From an uncultured Bacilli bacterium (lineage in GTDB: Bacteria > Bacillota_I > Bacilli_A > RF39 > UBA660): 64,000 nucleotides of DNA. This document shows positions 1 to 9,240 of this stretch, one piece after another. The stretch lies in assembly GCA_947632545.1 (NCBI GenBank), contig CANRPP010000002.1, forward strand, positions 2,057-66,056, written 5' to 3'. Position 1 is the first letter of the stretch; each line of letters starts with the position of its first letter. Position numbers and translations under genes: made by a program. A model generated the notes under the pieces. The model had not been told where the DNA came from, made no database searches, and was given only the letters and a program-made list of their open reading frames with translations.

Positions 1-111
1 ATTCCTTTTTTATCTAAATATTCACAAAATTTATAAGCCACTCTTAATTTTTTTAATCTCTTATACTCATCATATTTACCTGTTTCTAATAGGTATTTAC
101 TAACTTCCTTC
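1..111 (-). CDS. 5' end (37 codons) of an unidentified gene that continues beyond the window start; first gene downstream of a T-box leader
   Basis: ATG at 111 on the minus strand, preceded by an AAAGGGTGA ribosome-binding site. The frame stays open to the window edge (MKEVSKYLLETGKYDEYKRLKK...). It lies immediately 3' of a T-box terminator. Confidence 0.35.
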
Positions 112-119
112 ATAATATC

Positions 120-448
120 ACCCTTTCAAAATAAAAGACTAGTCTCATACTCACATATACATAAGTATATATGGGACGAAACTAGTCTTCCGCGGTGCCA
201 CCCAATTTATTATAAACGAAATTATAATCACCTTAATCGATTCTATTAAATCTAGTATTTTCTAACGGGATACATACCGGCTTAGCCTACTAAGATATAC
301 TTTTCGGTAAGCAACTCCAGAGTGTTCTTTCAAATAGCTTCAATTATTAGGCTTACACCATTCCTAACTCGCTTTAATCTAGGCTAATTTACTTTTCTCT
401 TTCAAAGTTGTTACAACTATTATATACATTATTATATTATTTTGTCAA
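120..448 (-). promoter_or_regulatory. T-box riboswitch leader with promoter and terminator/antiterminator; tentative Asn (AAC) specifier
   Basis: Minus-strand read shows -35 TTGACA (443..448) and TATAAT/ATATAA about 17-18 nt downstream. A Stem-I-like region carries AGAG and GGTG loop elements. The conserved T-box sequence AAATTGGGTGGCACCGCGG lies at about 181..199. A hairpin AAGACTAGT...ACTAGTCTT plus TTATTTT follows at 121..180. AACA lies at the 3' side of the presumed specifier loop. Confidence 0.6.
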
Positions 449-766
449 TTATTTATGCCTATTTCTATAATTTTTTTCTAATTTATCAAAGTCAAATGTG
501 TGTAATAGGCTATCTGCTTTTTCTTGTAATGATTCACTAAAAGTTAAACCTTTTTCTACAGCATATTTATATTCACTCATATTATTAATTTTCAAATCAG
601 ATAGTTTTTTCTTTAATTCATAGTCTATTGGCAACTGTGATATTTCTACTCTACTATTCCAACTATCTTTTGATTCTTTTTTATGTATTAATAAATCTAT
701 ATAATTTCTTAATTCTTGTAAATTATCAATTGATAACTTATCTATTTGTTTATATATACTTTTCAT
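449..766 (-). CDS. hypothetical protein (105 aa)
   Basis: ORF with a strong promoter-like region downstream. No recognisable motifs. Confidence 0.4.
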   Translation of the reverse strand: MKSIYKQIDKLSIDNLQELRNYIDLLIHKKESKDSWNSRVEISQLPIDYELKKKLSDLKINNMSEYKYAVEKGLTFSESLQEKADSLLHTFDFDKLEKNYRNRHK

Positions 767-877
767 ACTATTACCCCTTAATTACTTTGCATATTATATC
801 ATAAAATAGACTTTTTGTAAAGAATATTACTTTTATAAATTATAACTTTATGATAAAATATAAAAAGGAGTGATACT

Positions 878-1882
878 ATGAAAAAGACAATTCTTACAGG
901 TTTACGTCCAACTGGAAATCTACATTTAGGTCATCTTTTTGGAGCAGGACAAAATTATGTAAAGTTGCAGGATGAATATGAATTTTTTTTAGAAATTGCT
1001 GATGTACAGGCGCTTACCGACAATTTTAATAATCCTGAAAAGGTACGTAAAAATGTATATGAAATTACAATGGATTTACTAGCAATAGGTATAGATCCTA
1101 AAAAGGTAAATATATTTTTGCAATCAAAAATACCAGAAATCGCAGAACTTACTGTTTATTATTCAAATTTAGTTACAGTTAATAGATTATTTAGAAATCC
1201 TACTGTAAAAGCTGAAGTAGCTCAAAAAAAAGAATTATTTGGTAATAATGGTGAAAGTATTACTTATGGTTTTTTAGGATATCCTGTTAGTCAAGCAGCT
1301 GATATTACTGCATTAAGTGGAGAAGTTGTTCCTGTTGGAGATGATCAATTACCACTTTTAGAGCAATGCCGTGAAATAGTTAGAAAGTTTAATAATATTT
1401 ATGGTGAAACTTTAAAAGAACCAGAAGCTTATCTTAGTAATGTAACTAGATTAAAAGGTTTAGATGGTAATGAAAAAATGGGTAAAAGTTTAGGAAACGC
1501 TATATTTTTAGTTGATTCAGAAGAAGTTATATCAAAAAAAGTTATGGCTGCAGTTACTGATCCTTCTAAAATAAAAAAAGATGATCCTGCTAATCCTGAT
1601 ATTTGCATGGTTTATTATTACCATAAGTTAGTTACTCCAGATAGTGAATTAAAAAATGTATGTAGTGAATGTAAAGCAGGAAAACGAGGATGTGTTTCAT
1701 GTAAAAAAGAACTTATTAATAATTTATGTGAATTTTTAAAACCTATTAAAGAAAAAAGAAAACAGTATGAAGATAATCCTAAATTAGTTAAAGATATATT
1801 AGATAATGGTACTTGTAATGCCAAGAAAAAGGCAGAGGATACTTTAAGAAAAGTTAAACACGCTATGAAAATAGATTATTAA
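878..1882 (+). CDS. trpS: tryptophan--tRNA ligase
   Basis: Class I signature TGNLHLGH (HIGH) and KMGKS (KMSKS); 334 aa, typical TrpS length. AAAGGAG ribosome-binding site. Confidence 0.9.
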   Translation: MKKTILTGLRPTGNLHLGHLFGAGQNYVKLQDEYEFFLEIADVQALTDNFNNPEKVRKNVYEITMDLLAIGIDPKKVNIFLQSKIPEIAELTVYYSNLVTVNRLFRNPTVKAEVAQKKELFGNNGESITYGFLGYPVSQAADITALSGEVVPVGDDQLPLLEQCREIVRKFNNIYGETLKEPEAYLSNVTRLKGLDGNEKMGKSLGNAIFLVDSEEVISKKVMAAVTDPSKIKKDDPANPDICMVYYYHKLVTPDSELKNVCSECKAGKRGCVSCKKELINNLCEFLKPIKEKRKQYEDNPKLVKDILDNGTCNAKKKAEDTLRKVKHAMKIDY

Positions 1883-1910
1883 AAAACTACTAATTAGTAG
1901 TTTTCTTTTT
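1882..1910 (+). terminator. intrinsic terminator after trpS (overlaps the 3' end of the convergent gene)
   Basis: Perfect palindrome AAAACTACTAATTAGTAGTTTT followed by CTTTTT. Confidence 0.6.
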
Positions 1911-2549
1911 ATGAGTTAATTTAACTATATTATAAAGTTTATTATATTTTTCACTATAATTACTTTCTATTTCATCTAATAATATTTTATATTTATCTAA
2001 TAGAGTTTTTTTATCTTTAGGATATATTTCTTCATATAAATAATTTATTTTTTCATATTTTTTCTTTTTATAAGCAATTTTTAATTCTTTTAATAAATAA
2101 TTTTTTCTAAATTCTTCTTCTCGTGTTAATAAACATTTATTTATATTTTTCTTTAATACTTTATAATTTATATTTTTTAATTCTATTTGATTACTTAAAT
2201 CTAATATTTCTTCTTCTTCATCTAATAGTAAATAACTTTTAAAAAGAGATTTACCATCTTTATTAAATTCTACTGCAACTACTTTATAAGTATCTGTAAA
2301 TAATAAAGCATAATCTATTTTAGATACTCCTGTATCAGTATAAACTTCAGACTTTTTATATATATTATTTAAAAGATTATTATCTATTACAAAGGTAGTA
2401 TTTATAATATCATCTAATGTATTAGTTGTTACTCTAATCATAGGTATTTTTTTTATATGCTCTATATTATCTTTTTTATTCCATTCAAATGGTTCATATA
2501 TTCTATTACCATCTAATAGATTTAAGATTATATCATAAACATTTAGCAT
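1890..2549 (-). CDS. hypothetical protein (219 aa, Lys/Glu-rich)
   Basis: Long ORF convergent with trpS. No recognisable motif. Confidence 0.4.
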   Translation of the reverse strand: MLNVYDIILNLLDGNRIYEPFEWNKKDNIEHIKKIPMIRVTTNTLDDIINTTFVIDNNLLNNIYKKSEVYTDTGVSKIDYALLFTDTYKVVAVEFNKDGKSLFKSYLLLDEEEEILDLSNQIELKNINYKVLKKNINKCLLTREEEFRKNYLLKELKIAYKKKKYEKINYLYEEIYPKDKKTLLDKYKILLDEIESNYSEKYNKLYNIVKLTHKKKTTN

Positions 2550-2754
2550 GTTTACCTCCCTTTCTTAAAATGATTATTGATATTATAAATAAGCCAATTA
2601 TCAATAACCAACATTCATATCTAGTAAAACAATAATTAAGGTATTCAATGATATTATAACCAAAACTTAATAAATTTATATATACTATAAAATAGGAAAA
2701 ACCTATTATCATAAATACAAACCCAATTAAAAATAATATAATTCTTGTTATCAT
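2533..2754 (-). CDS. small hydrophobic membrane protein (73 aa)
   Basis: Two hydrophobic segments; overlaps the downstream ORF start. Confidence 0.3.
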   Translation of the reverse strand: MITRIILFLIGFVFMIIGFSYFIVYINLLSFGYNIIEYLNYCFTRYECWLLIIGLFIISIIILRKGGKHAKCL

Positions 2755-2835
2755 TTTTACTCCTTAATTATATTTATGAATTATCTAATTATAGTATACA
2801 AATATTTTTTTTTATTATACAAAAAAAGAATATTT

Positions 2836-3906
2836 CTATTCTTTATTTTCTATTAATTTATCTATTTCTACTTTATTAATTGAATCAAATTTTTTACTTA
2901 TTTTATCTGCTGTAATTGAAACATTTTCTACATCTTTATTAACCATTTGAATACTACGAGATAATTTATCCCAACGTTCTTTATATCTTCCAAACTCTAT
3001 TCCTAATTTATTTAATTCATTATGAATTACTTTAGTATATTTATCTCTTTCTATATTTTTAATAATCATTTGAATTACTGTTAATGTTGAAATTAAAGTA
3101 GTTGGGCTAGTTATCCAAACTCGTTTTTTATATGCATATTCTATAATATCTTGATGATATGCATTAACTTCAGCAAATATAGCTTCAGCTGGTAAAAACA
3201 TTATAGCTTGATTAATATCATCTTCTGGAATGATATATTTTTGACTTATATCATCTATATGTTTTTTTACATCCGCTTTAAATAATTTTTCATTTTGTTC
3301 TCTTTCTGATCTAGATAGTGATTTATCTACCATAAGTTGATAGTGCTCTAGAGGGAACTTTGAATCTATGGCTATAGTACCTAATGGTTCTGGTGCAAAT
3401 AAAACTGAATCTGCAATTAAATTATTACTCATAGTATATTGTAATCTATATACTTTATCATTCTTATCTCCAAAAACACTTGATAAAATCTGTTTTAAAT
3501 TTACTTCTCCATATATACCTCTACTCTTTTTATCAGTTAAAATACTTTGTAAAGATACTATATCTGTTGATAAATTTTCTATCTTTTTTTGAGCTTCATC
3601 AATTTTAGATAATCTTTCTATAACTGATGTAAATGTTTTATTAGTTTTTTCGAAATTTTCATCTAATCTTTCATTTACTTTTTCATTAATCAACATTAAT
3701 CTTTTTTCTACTTCTTCATTTAATTTATTAAAATCAGTATTCATATTACGATTTAAGTCAGACTTAAATTCACCTAATTCTTTTACTATTTCTAATTCTA
3801 ATTTACCTAATCTTTCAGTAATGTTACTTTCGTTTATGTTTTTACATAAAGATATTATTATTAATATTAAATTCACTATTAATAATCCAATTATTATATA
3901 ATTCAT
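2836..3906 (-). CDS. rmuC: DNA recombination protein RmuC-like
   Basis: N-terminal transmembrane segment, long coiled-coil region, and a MFLPAEAIFAEV-type motif characteristic of the RmuC family. Confidence 0.65.
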   Translation of the reverse strand: MNYIIIGLLIVNLILIIISLCKNINESNITERLGKLELEIVKELGEFKSDLNRNMNTDFNKLNEEVEKRLMLINEKVNERLDENFEKTNKTFTSVIERLSKIDEAQKKIENLSTDIVSLQSILTDKKSRGIYGEVNLKQILSSVFGDKNDKVYRLQYTMSNNLIADSVLFAPEPLGTIAIDSKFPLEHYQLMVDKSLSRSEREQNEKLFKADVKKHIDDISQKYIIPEDDINQAIMFLPAEAIFAEVNAYHQDIIEYAYKKRVWITSPTTLISTLTVIQMIIKNIERDKYTKVIHNELNKLGIEFGRYKERWDKLSRSIQMVNKDVENVSITADKISKKFDSINKVEIDKLIENKE

Positions 3907-3919
3907 TATATCACCTCTA

Positions 3920-4489
3920 CTACTCTATTTTCATTTTCTTATTTATTAATTTTGATATAAAATATGCGATTATAATTAAGATACTAGCAATTATTAATGA
4001 TGTTATATCAGTTATACTTTCTATTAAACTTTTACCTACTAAACCCCAAAATGTAATCATAAATATTTTACCTGTTAATAAGGATATCATATATTTTCTT
4101 TTATCAAGGCCAACAAGTCCTGCTGCTATATTTATTGCAAATGCTGGAGTAAATGGTAATGCTATTAATACAACTAAATTAGAAAAATTAATTGTTTTCA
4201 TCTTTTTTATAATTTTATTAAATTTCTTTTTCTTTTCCATTCTATTTAAAAATCTAGTTGAAAATATTGAAAAAAATAAGAAAGATAAATAGCAACCTAC
4301 ACATGTAGTTAACCATGAAACAATTATACCTAGAATTACACCAAATGCATTTATATTTAAGGCAACAAAAACTCCTAGAGGTAATGCTGGTATTATTGAC
4401 TCTAAAAGTATTAATAAAATACCAAATATTAAACCTCCATGTTGTAATAATGTTGTAAAATAATCTACTATGTTGTTAATTAATTCCAT
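3920..4489 (-). CDS. DedA/TVP38-family integral membrane protein
   Basis: About 190 aa with multiple transmembrane helices. Architecture is typical of SNARE-associated/DedA proteins. Confidence 0.45.
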   Translation of the reverse strand: MELINNIVDYFTTLLQHGGLIFGILLILLESIIPALPLGVFVALNINAFGVILGIIVSWLTTCVGCYLSFLFFSIFSTRFLNRMEKKKKFNKIIKKMKTINFSNLVVLIALPFTPAFAINIAAGLVGLDKRKYMISLLTGKIFMITFWGLVGKSLIESITDITSLIIASILIIIAYFISKLINKKMKIE

Positions 4490-4548
4490 ATAATCACCTA
4501 TTATTATTATAGTATAAAATATATTGTTTTAAAAGAAAAAGATAATAA

Positions 4549-4857
4549 TTATTTATTATCTTTTATATAAGAATTATATCCTCCAATAATAGATGTTGTA
4601 TCATAGCCTAATTTAGTTAAGTAATTACATAAAAACTCGCTAGATGAACCATGATTACAGAAAATATAGTATTTTTTATTTTTATCCAAATATTTACTTG
4701 GATTCTCTATTAATGTATTTGATGATATATTTATAGCATTTTCTATAGTACCACTTAAGTATGAATAATTATCTCTAATATCTATTAAATTTAAATTTTT
4801 TTCATTTAATAGTTTTTTTAATTCATAAATATCAATTTTATTACACACATTATACAC
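4549..4857 (-). CDS. single-domain rhodanese-like sulfurtransferase
   Basis: About 100 aa with the active-site loop FCNHGSSS (Cys-X5) and typical rhodanese length. Confidence 0.6.
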   Translation of the reverse strand: MYNVCNKIDIYELKKLLNEKNLNLIDIRDNYSYLSGTIENAINISSNTLIENPSKYLDKNKKYYIFCNHGSSSEFLCNYLTKLGYDTTSIIGGYNSYIKDNK

Positions 4858-4872
4858 CTCAATATAGTGTAT

Positions 4873-4906
4873 GAAAAAAAAGTAATCTGAATTATTACAG
4901 ATTACT
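4873..4906 (-). terminator. intrinsic terminator closing the accessory island operon
   Basis: 9-bp perfect stem AGTAATCTG / CAGATTACT with an 8-nt loop. On the minus strand it is followed by TTTTTTTT (plus-strand A-run 4873..4880). Confidence 0.6.
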
Positions 4907-6207
4907 TATCTTATTATATATGGTTTAGCTTTAGTACCTTTACCACTTTCAATCATAACAGTATTATTTAAATGAATAACTGGTCTTACATGACTATCAT
5001 TAGAAGCTTCTTTGTCATCTATACTTCCTGATGATATAAAATAAACTTTAGAACTATCTTCTGCTTTTCCATTAATAAGCCAATAACTTTCATTAAGTAC
5101 TAAATAATTATAATTTTGACATTCTGGTGATACTGTAGTTGTACAACCTGGATCTATTGAAGCATTTAAATAATCATATACTGATAACATAGCCATTTTT
5201 GTCTCATACTTAACACTACAATCACTACTTCCATCCTTTGATGTATCATTTTCTGTTCTAGTACCAACACAAGCATTAAATTTCTTTAATTTACTCTTTA
5301 TATTTTTATTTAAAAATAATTCTTCATCACTATAGTCCATATAGTCTTCATTATTTTTATCTTTATACTTAGAGGCATATAATTTATCAAGATGAGTAGA
5401 CATAGAACTATTTTTATACACATTTATTCCTGTATCATATTCTGTACTACTATTGTATCTTTCATCCCATATATATGAATTACTTGTTGCCAAATCTTTT
5501 ATTAACACTACTTCATTATTATTTGTAACTTTTACAATTCTCCATAATATATCTTCTTTTTCTTTAAATGCTACATAATTATCTACATATAATCCTCTAT
5601 AAACATATTCATTATTTAATTTATATAGACCATAACCACTAGTTACAATATTGTCTTTTTTTACTATTTCTTTATATAATTCTCTTGTTTTATAGTTGCT
5701 TCCACAATCTAGGTATGCAGTATAATCATATGAATTAGAGCTGTTTTTAACTACTACTTTCCCAGTACAGCTATCATTTTTTAAATATTTATCTAATGGC
5801 TTCATATATTTACTATTTGATAGAGTATCATCTGAAATAAATACAGAATTATTTTTTGATGGTAATTTACTTTTATTATCACTAAAATATGATTTAGCAG
5901 ATTCTACCATTACTTCTTCTACATCTGAATAAGAATATTCCTTTCTAGATAATTTAGAAAATATAAAGCCAATTAGCATTATAACTAAAAATACAATAAT
6001 TACTATAATAAATAATTTAACCATTTTTACTCTAAACTGTTCTTTAGATGTTGTACTTACTGTATTTGAATTTGAAGTAGTAATTTCTAAATCATCATCT
6101 TCATCTTCATAGCCTGGTACATCTTTTAATTCTTCTTCTTTTTCTTCTTCTTCTTTTTTAGTAATTTGATCTTTATCTATATGATTACTATTAGGATCCA
6201 TACTCAT
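4906..6207 (-). CDS. membrane-anchored Cys-rich surface protein (acidic N-terminal cytoplasmic tail, one transmembrane segment, about 350-aa extracellular domain); paralogous to 27187..28980
   Basis: Acidic N-terminus (EEEEKEEELKD, EDEDDD) and the transmembrane segment LFIIVIIVFLVIMLIGFIF. Shares the C-(x)GKV...Y.Y.YL.CG motif and the C-terminal GKGT...PY.I ending with the 597-aa protein. Confidence 0.5.
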   Translation of the reverse strand: MSMDPNSNHIDKDQITKKEEEEKEEELKDVPGYEDEDDDLEITTSNSNTVSTTSKEQFRVKMVKLFIIVIIVFLVIMLIGFIFSKLSRKEYSYSDVEEVMVESAKSYFSDNKSKLPSKNNSVFISDDTLSNSKYMKPLDKYLKNDSCTGKVVVKNSSNSYDYTAYLDCGSNYKTRELYKEIVKKDNIVTSGYGLYKLNNEYVYRGLYVDNYVAFKEKEDILWRIVKVTNNNEVVLIKDLATSNSYIWDERYNSSTEYDTGINVYKNSSMSTHLDKLYASKYKDKNNEDYMDYSDEELFLNKNIKSKLKKFNACVGTRTENDTSKDGSSDCSVKYETKMAMLSVYDYLNASIDPGCTTTVSPECQNYNYLVLNESYWLINGKAEDSSKVYFISSGSIDDKEASNDSHVRPVIHLNNTVMIESGKGTKAKPYIIR

Positions 6208-6228
6208 AATAACACCTCGTTTCTATAA

Positions 6229-8409
6229 TTAGTTATCAAAAAAATCATCAAAGAAATCATCGTCATCATCTTCATCTTCTAAATCTAAATTAGTTTCTAG
6301 AACCTTATCTTTATGAATAATTTCTGATTCTTTATCACCAATTACTTCTACTTTACTATCTTCTTTCTTCTTCTTTTCTTCCTCTTTATTCTTTCTTTCT
6401 TCTTCTTCTAATTCAGCTATTTTAGCATCTATCTTTTTAACTAATTCATCAACATCAAAAGTAGGCATAGAGGATTCTTCTGGATGTTTATTTACTTTTT
6501 CATTTTTCATAGAATCATTTGAATTCATTGGTTGATTAGAAATAGGTCCAAATGGATTTATAGGCATATTAGGAATAGATGGACGATTAGAATTCATACC
6601 CATTCCTCCAGGAAACATTCCTCCTCCACCTGGGAACATTCCACCATTATTATTTATACCATCTTCATTATCAGTAGAATTCATCATTTCTAATAATTTT
6701 TTCTTTTTTTCACTTTTAACAAATTCTTTAATATCAAAAGTTTTAACTACATTCTTTTTTCTTGTTGGATATTTTGCATTAGGATATTTCTTACCCCAAT
6801 TAATTTTCCAATCTGGTGTAAATGTTGTTTTAAACGGATTCATACGTAATCTTTTTAAAATAATTTCATTTTCTTTCATACGTTGTAAGTCTGCTACTGT
6901 AACAAGTGGTGTTGAAGCTGTTTTATCATCTTTTTTACTTTTTACTTCTCCACACATTTTTGAAATTTCTTCTAAAGCTTTTAATTCAGTTGTAACTAAA
7001 TATATTAAATTTCCACAGTTACCACGTAAGGTTTCTGCATCTTCTTTTCCATAAACACTATCTAATTGCGCAAAGTTTTGAATAATCATTGTAAATCTAA
7101 TTTGCCTACTTCTAGCAGCTGTAATCATTGTAGTTACATCTTTAAGAGGTGGCATATTAGCAAACTCATCAAGTAAGAAATTAGTTCTAACTGGAAGTTT
7201 ACCGCCATGTTTTTGGGCAGTAGAAATTAATGTTTCATAGATTTGCTTTAGTAATATAGTTACTAATGAGTGATAGGTTTTCTTTTCATCTTGAATTACT
7301 ATAAATACTGCAGTTGGTTTTTCTCCAATAGATTCTAGGTCTATATCACTATATGATAGCATTTCACTTAAATTTTCACGAGATGCAAATAATTTTACTT
7401 TTTGTCTAAATACAGATAAAATACTTCCCTTTGTTTCAGATGGTGCACTAATTGTTGCAGATGCATTAACTGCTGCAGCACTTGCAGGATCTTTCATATC
7501 AAAGTATTCCTTTATATAAGTTGAGCCTCCAAATTTATCTTCACCAACAGTACTCATTAAATTAATACTATTTATATTTATTTCATCTTCTTTTGCATCT
7601 TCAAATAAACCTAAAGATAATCCTGAAAAATAATCAGCTGATGTTTTTTCCCAGAATGGATCTGCATTTTTATTTGATTCATCATATAAAATATTTAAAG
7701 CTAAGTCATCAAGTAACTCAATAGCTTTATCTTGGTAACCAGATTTATACATTTTATATGGAAGACTCATTGGATTCCAAGCATTACCATTTTGTGGATC
7801 ACGAAAGTTTAATAATAAAATTTGATAACCTTTTTGTTTTAACATTAAACTTGTTTTTTCATATATTTCACCTTTCGGGTCTGTAATTATCATTGATTCT
7901 TTCTTTTTAGATAATATTTTAACAGTAGGCAAAATTACAGTTTGTGTTTTACCAGAACCAGTAGCACCAATAACTAAAGTATGATTTTCACCATTATCAA
8001 CCCAGATATCATCACCTTTATACATTAAAGGTGTTCCTGCAGCATGAGTTCTTTTATCATGAATATTTATTTTTTCAATATCTTTTAAACTTTGAATTTC
8101 TTTATCTTTAGCCCATCTACTATATCCTTTATCTTTTCTTTGAGTTGTAAAACCAATTCCTTTTTCCATATCAAAAAAACGTGAACTAACACTAATTGTT
8201 AATGCAAGTAAAGCAATTATATAAAAAACTATAGTTGTAGTTATATTTTCTGTTGAAAATGCAGGAAATGGATTTAAGCCTTCCATAGTTCCATATGTTG
8301 CCAAAGATGATATATTAGCTACTGCTAAAGCTACTAAATATAGTAAAAATATGGCAAAAACTATAAATATTGTTAAATCTTCTGGATCTGCTCTAAATTT
8401 TAATTTCAT
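6229..8409 (-). CDS. type IV secretion coupling protein (VirD4/TraG/TraD family)
   Basis: N-terminal transmembrane segments; Walker A GATGSGKTQT; ITDPKGE motif; Walker B-like FLLDEF. 726 aa with a Gly/Met-rich repeat (GGMFPGGGGMFPGG) and an acidic C-terminal tail (DEDDDDDFFDDFFDN). Confidence 0.85.
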   Translation of the reverse strand: MKLKFRADPEDLTIFIVFAIFLLYLVALAVANISSLATYGTMEGLNPFPAFSTENITTTIVFYIIALLALTISVSSRFFDMEKGIGFTTQRKDKGYSRWAKDKEIQSLKDIEKINIHDKRTHAAGTPLMYKGDDIWVDNGENHTLVIGATGSGKTQTVILPTVKILSKKKESMIITDPKGEIYEKTSLMLKQKGYQILLLNFRDPQNGNAWNPMSLPYKMYKSGYQDKAIELLDDLALNILYDESNKNADPFWEKTSADYFSGLSLGLFEDAKEDEININSINLMSTVGEDKFGGSTYIKEYFDMKDPASAAAVNASATISAPSETKGSILSVFRQKVKLFASRENLSEMLSYSDIDLESIGEKPTAVFIVIQDEKKTYHSLVTILLKQIYETLISTAQKHGGKLPVRTNFLLDEFANMPPLKDVTTMITAARSRQIRFTMIIQNFAQLDSVYGKEDAETLRGNCGNLIYLVTTELKALEEISKMCGEVKSKKDDKTASTPLVTVADLQRMKENEIILKRLRMNPFKTTFTPDWKINWGKKYPNAKYPTRKKNVVKTFDIKEFVKSEKKKKLLEMMNSTDNEDGINNNGGMFPGGGGMFPGGMGMNSNRPSIPNMPINPFGPISNQPMNSNDSMKNEKVNKHPEESSMPTFDVDELVKKIDAKIAELEEEERKNKEEEKKKKEDSKVEVIGDKESEIIHKDKVLETNLDLEDEDDDDDFFDDFFDN

Positions 8410-8443
8410 ACTGCAACTTCCTTTCTGGGTATATTATAACACA

Positions 8444-9232
8444 TTATTCATAATTTGAAACCAATAAATTAAAGTTAGCATTATCAAATTTATATAATCT
8501 TTCTTCTACTCCACTATTACTATAATAAGCGCAGCTTACTATAACTTCGTATTTATTATCTTGATCAATATCTAAAATACTATTTACATATGGCTTACAT
8601 CCATCATAAATATCATCTTCTTTAGAACTATTTTTATATATAGGATATATTCTATTATTTTTTACCATAAATATTAAACCAAAATATTTTTCATTTTCTT
8701 TTTTTTCAGAAAATCTATTAGTAATAGTATAGATATATTCATTTTTACCATTATTATCTATATCTAATGATATAACATTACTACTTGATAATTCTATATC
8801 TGTATTAATTTCATTTTCTGCTAGTGCTTTTTCTACATAGCTATAATCAGTAATATCATTTTGTTTTATATTAATAACTTTATAATTATGATCTGTATCT
8901 AACCCTATAAAAGAGCCTTCATAATTTACAGCGTTATTATCATTATCAAATAAATACCATTTATCTTGATTAACTATATAATACTTTCCAAAATATTTAG
9001 TATCTGTATAGATATTAAATTTATTCCAACTAATACTATCTAAATCTTCAGTTTTATTTAATTTAATCCATCTAGAGCCAACTTTTCTAAAAACTGCATC
9101 ATTATCAATAATTATAGTAGGGTCCATTTTTTGTTTTTTATTAGAATCCATTCCATATATTATAAAAAATATTGCAGATAACGCTATAATTATAATGAAA
9201 ACAAATAAGTATCTTTTATTACTTTTTTTCAT
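8444..9232 (-). CDS. bitopic secreted/membrane protein, possibly VirB8-like T4SS component
   Basis: N-terminal transmembrane segment then an about 230-aa extracytoplasmic domain. Position between hydrolase and coupling protein. No diagnostic motif. Confidence 0.35.
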   Translation of the reverse strand: MKKSNKRYLFVFIIIIALSAIFFIIYGMDSNKKQKMDPTIIIDNDAVFRKVGSRWIKLNKTEDLDSISWNKFNIYTDTKYFGKYYIVNQDKWYLFDNDNNAVNYEGSFIGLDTDHNYKVINIKQNDITDYSYVEKALAENEINTDIELSSSNVISLDIDNNGKNEYIYTITNRFSEKKENEKYFGLIFMVKNNRIYPIYKNSSKEDDIYDGCKPYVNSILDIDQDNKYEVIVSCAYYSNSGVEERLYKFDNANFNLLVSNYE

Positions 9233-9240
9233 ATTGCCTC

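Noticed and set aside
767-877. Expected T-box upstream of trpS
   Set aside because: The 110-nt leader contains no T-box consensus and no terminator or antiterminator. The nearby T-box (120..448) is on the opposite strand and reads away from trpS.
1618-1824. Other short antisense or embedded ORFs from the six-frame track (1618..1824, 3368..3592, 13323..13517, 13895..14203, 16746..16931, 17658..17855, 20624..20818, 22567..22791, 24822..25127, 28280..28597, 34266..34457, 37760..38035, 40996..41220, 42533..42718, 45182..45484, 48333..48611, 51205..51525, 55775..55975)
   Set aside because: Each is nested in or overlaps the opposite strand of a longer, motif-supported gene. None has a ribosome-binding site or recognisable motifs.
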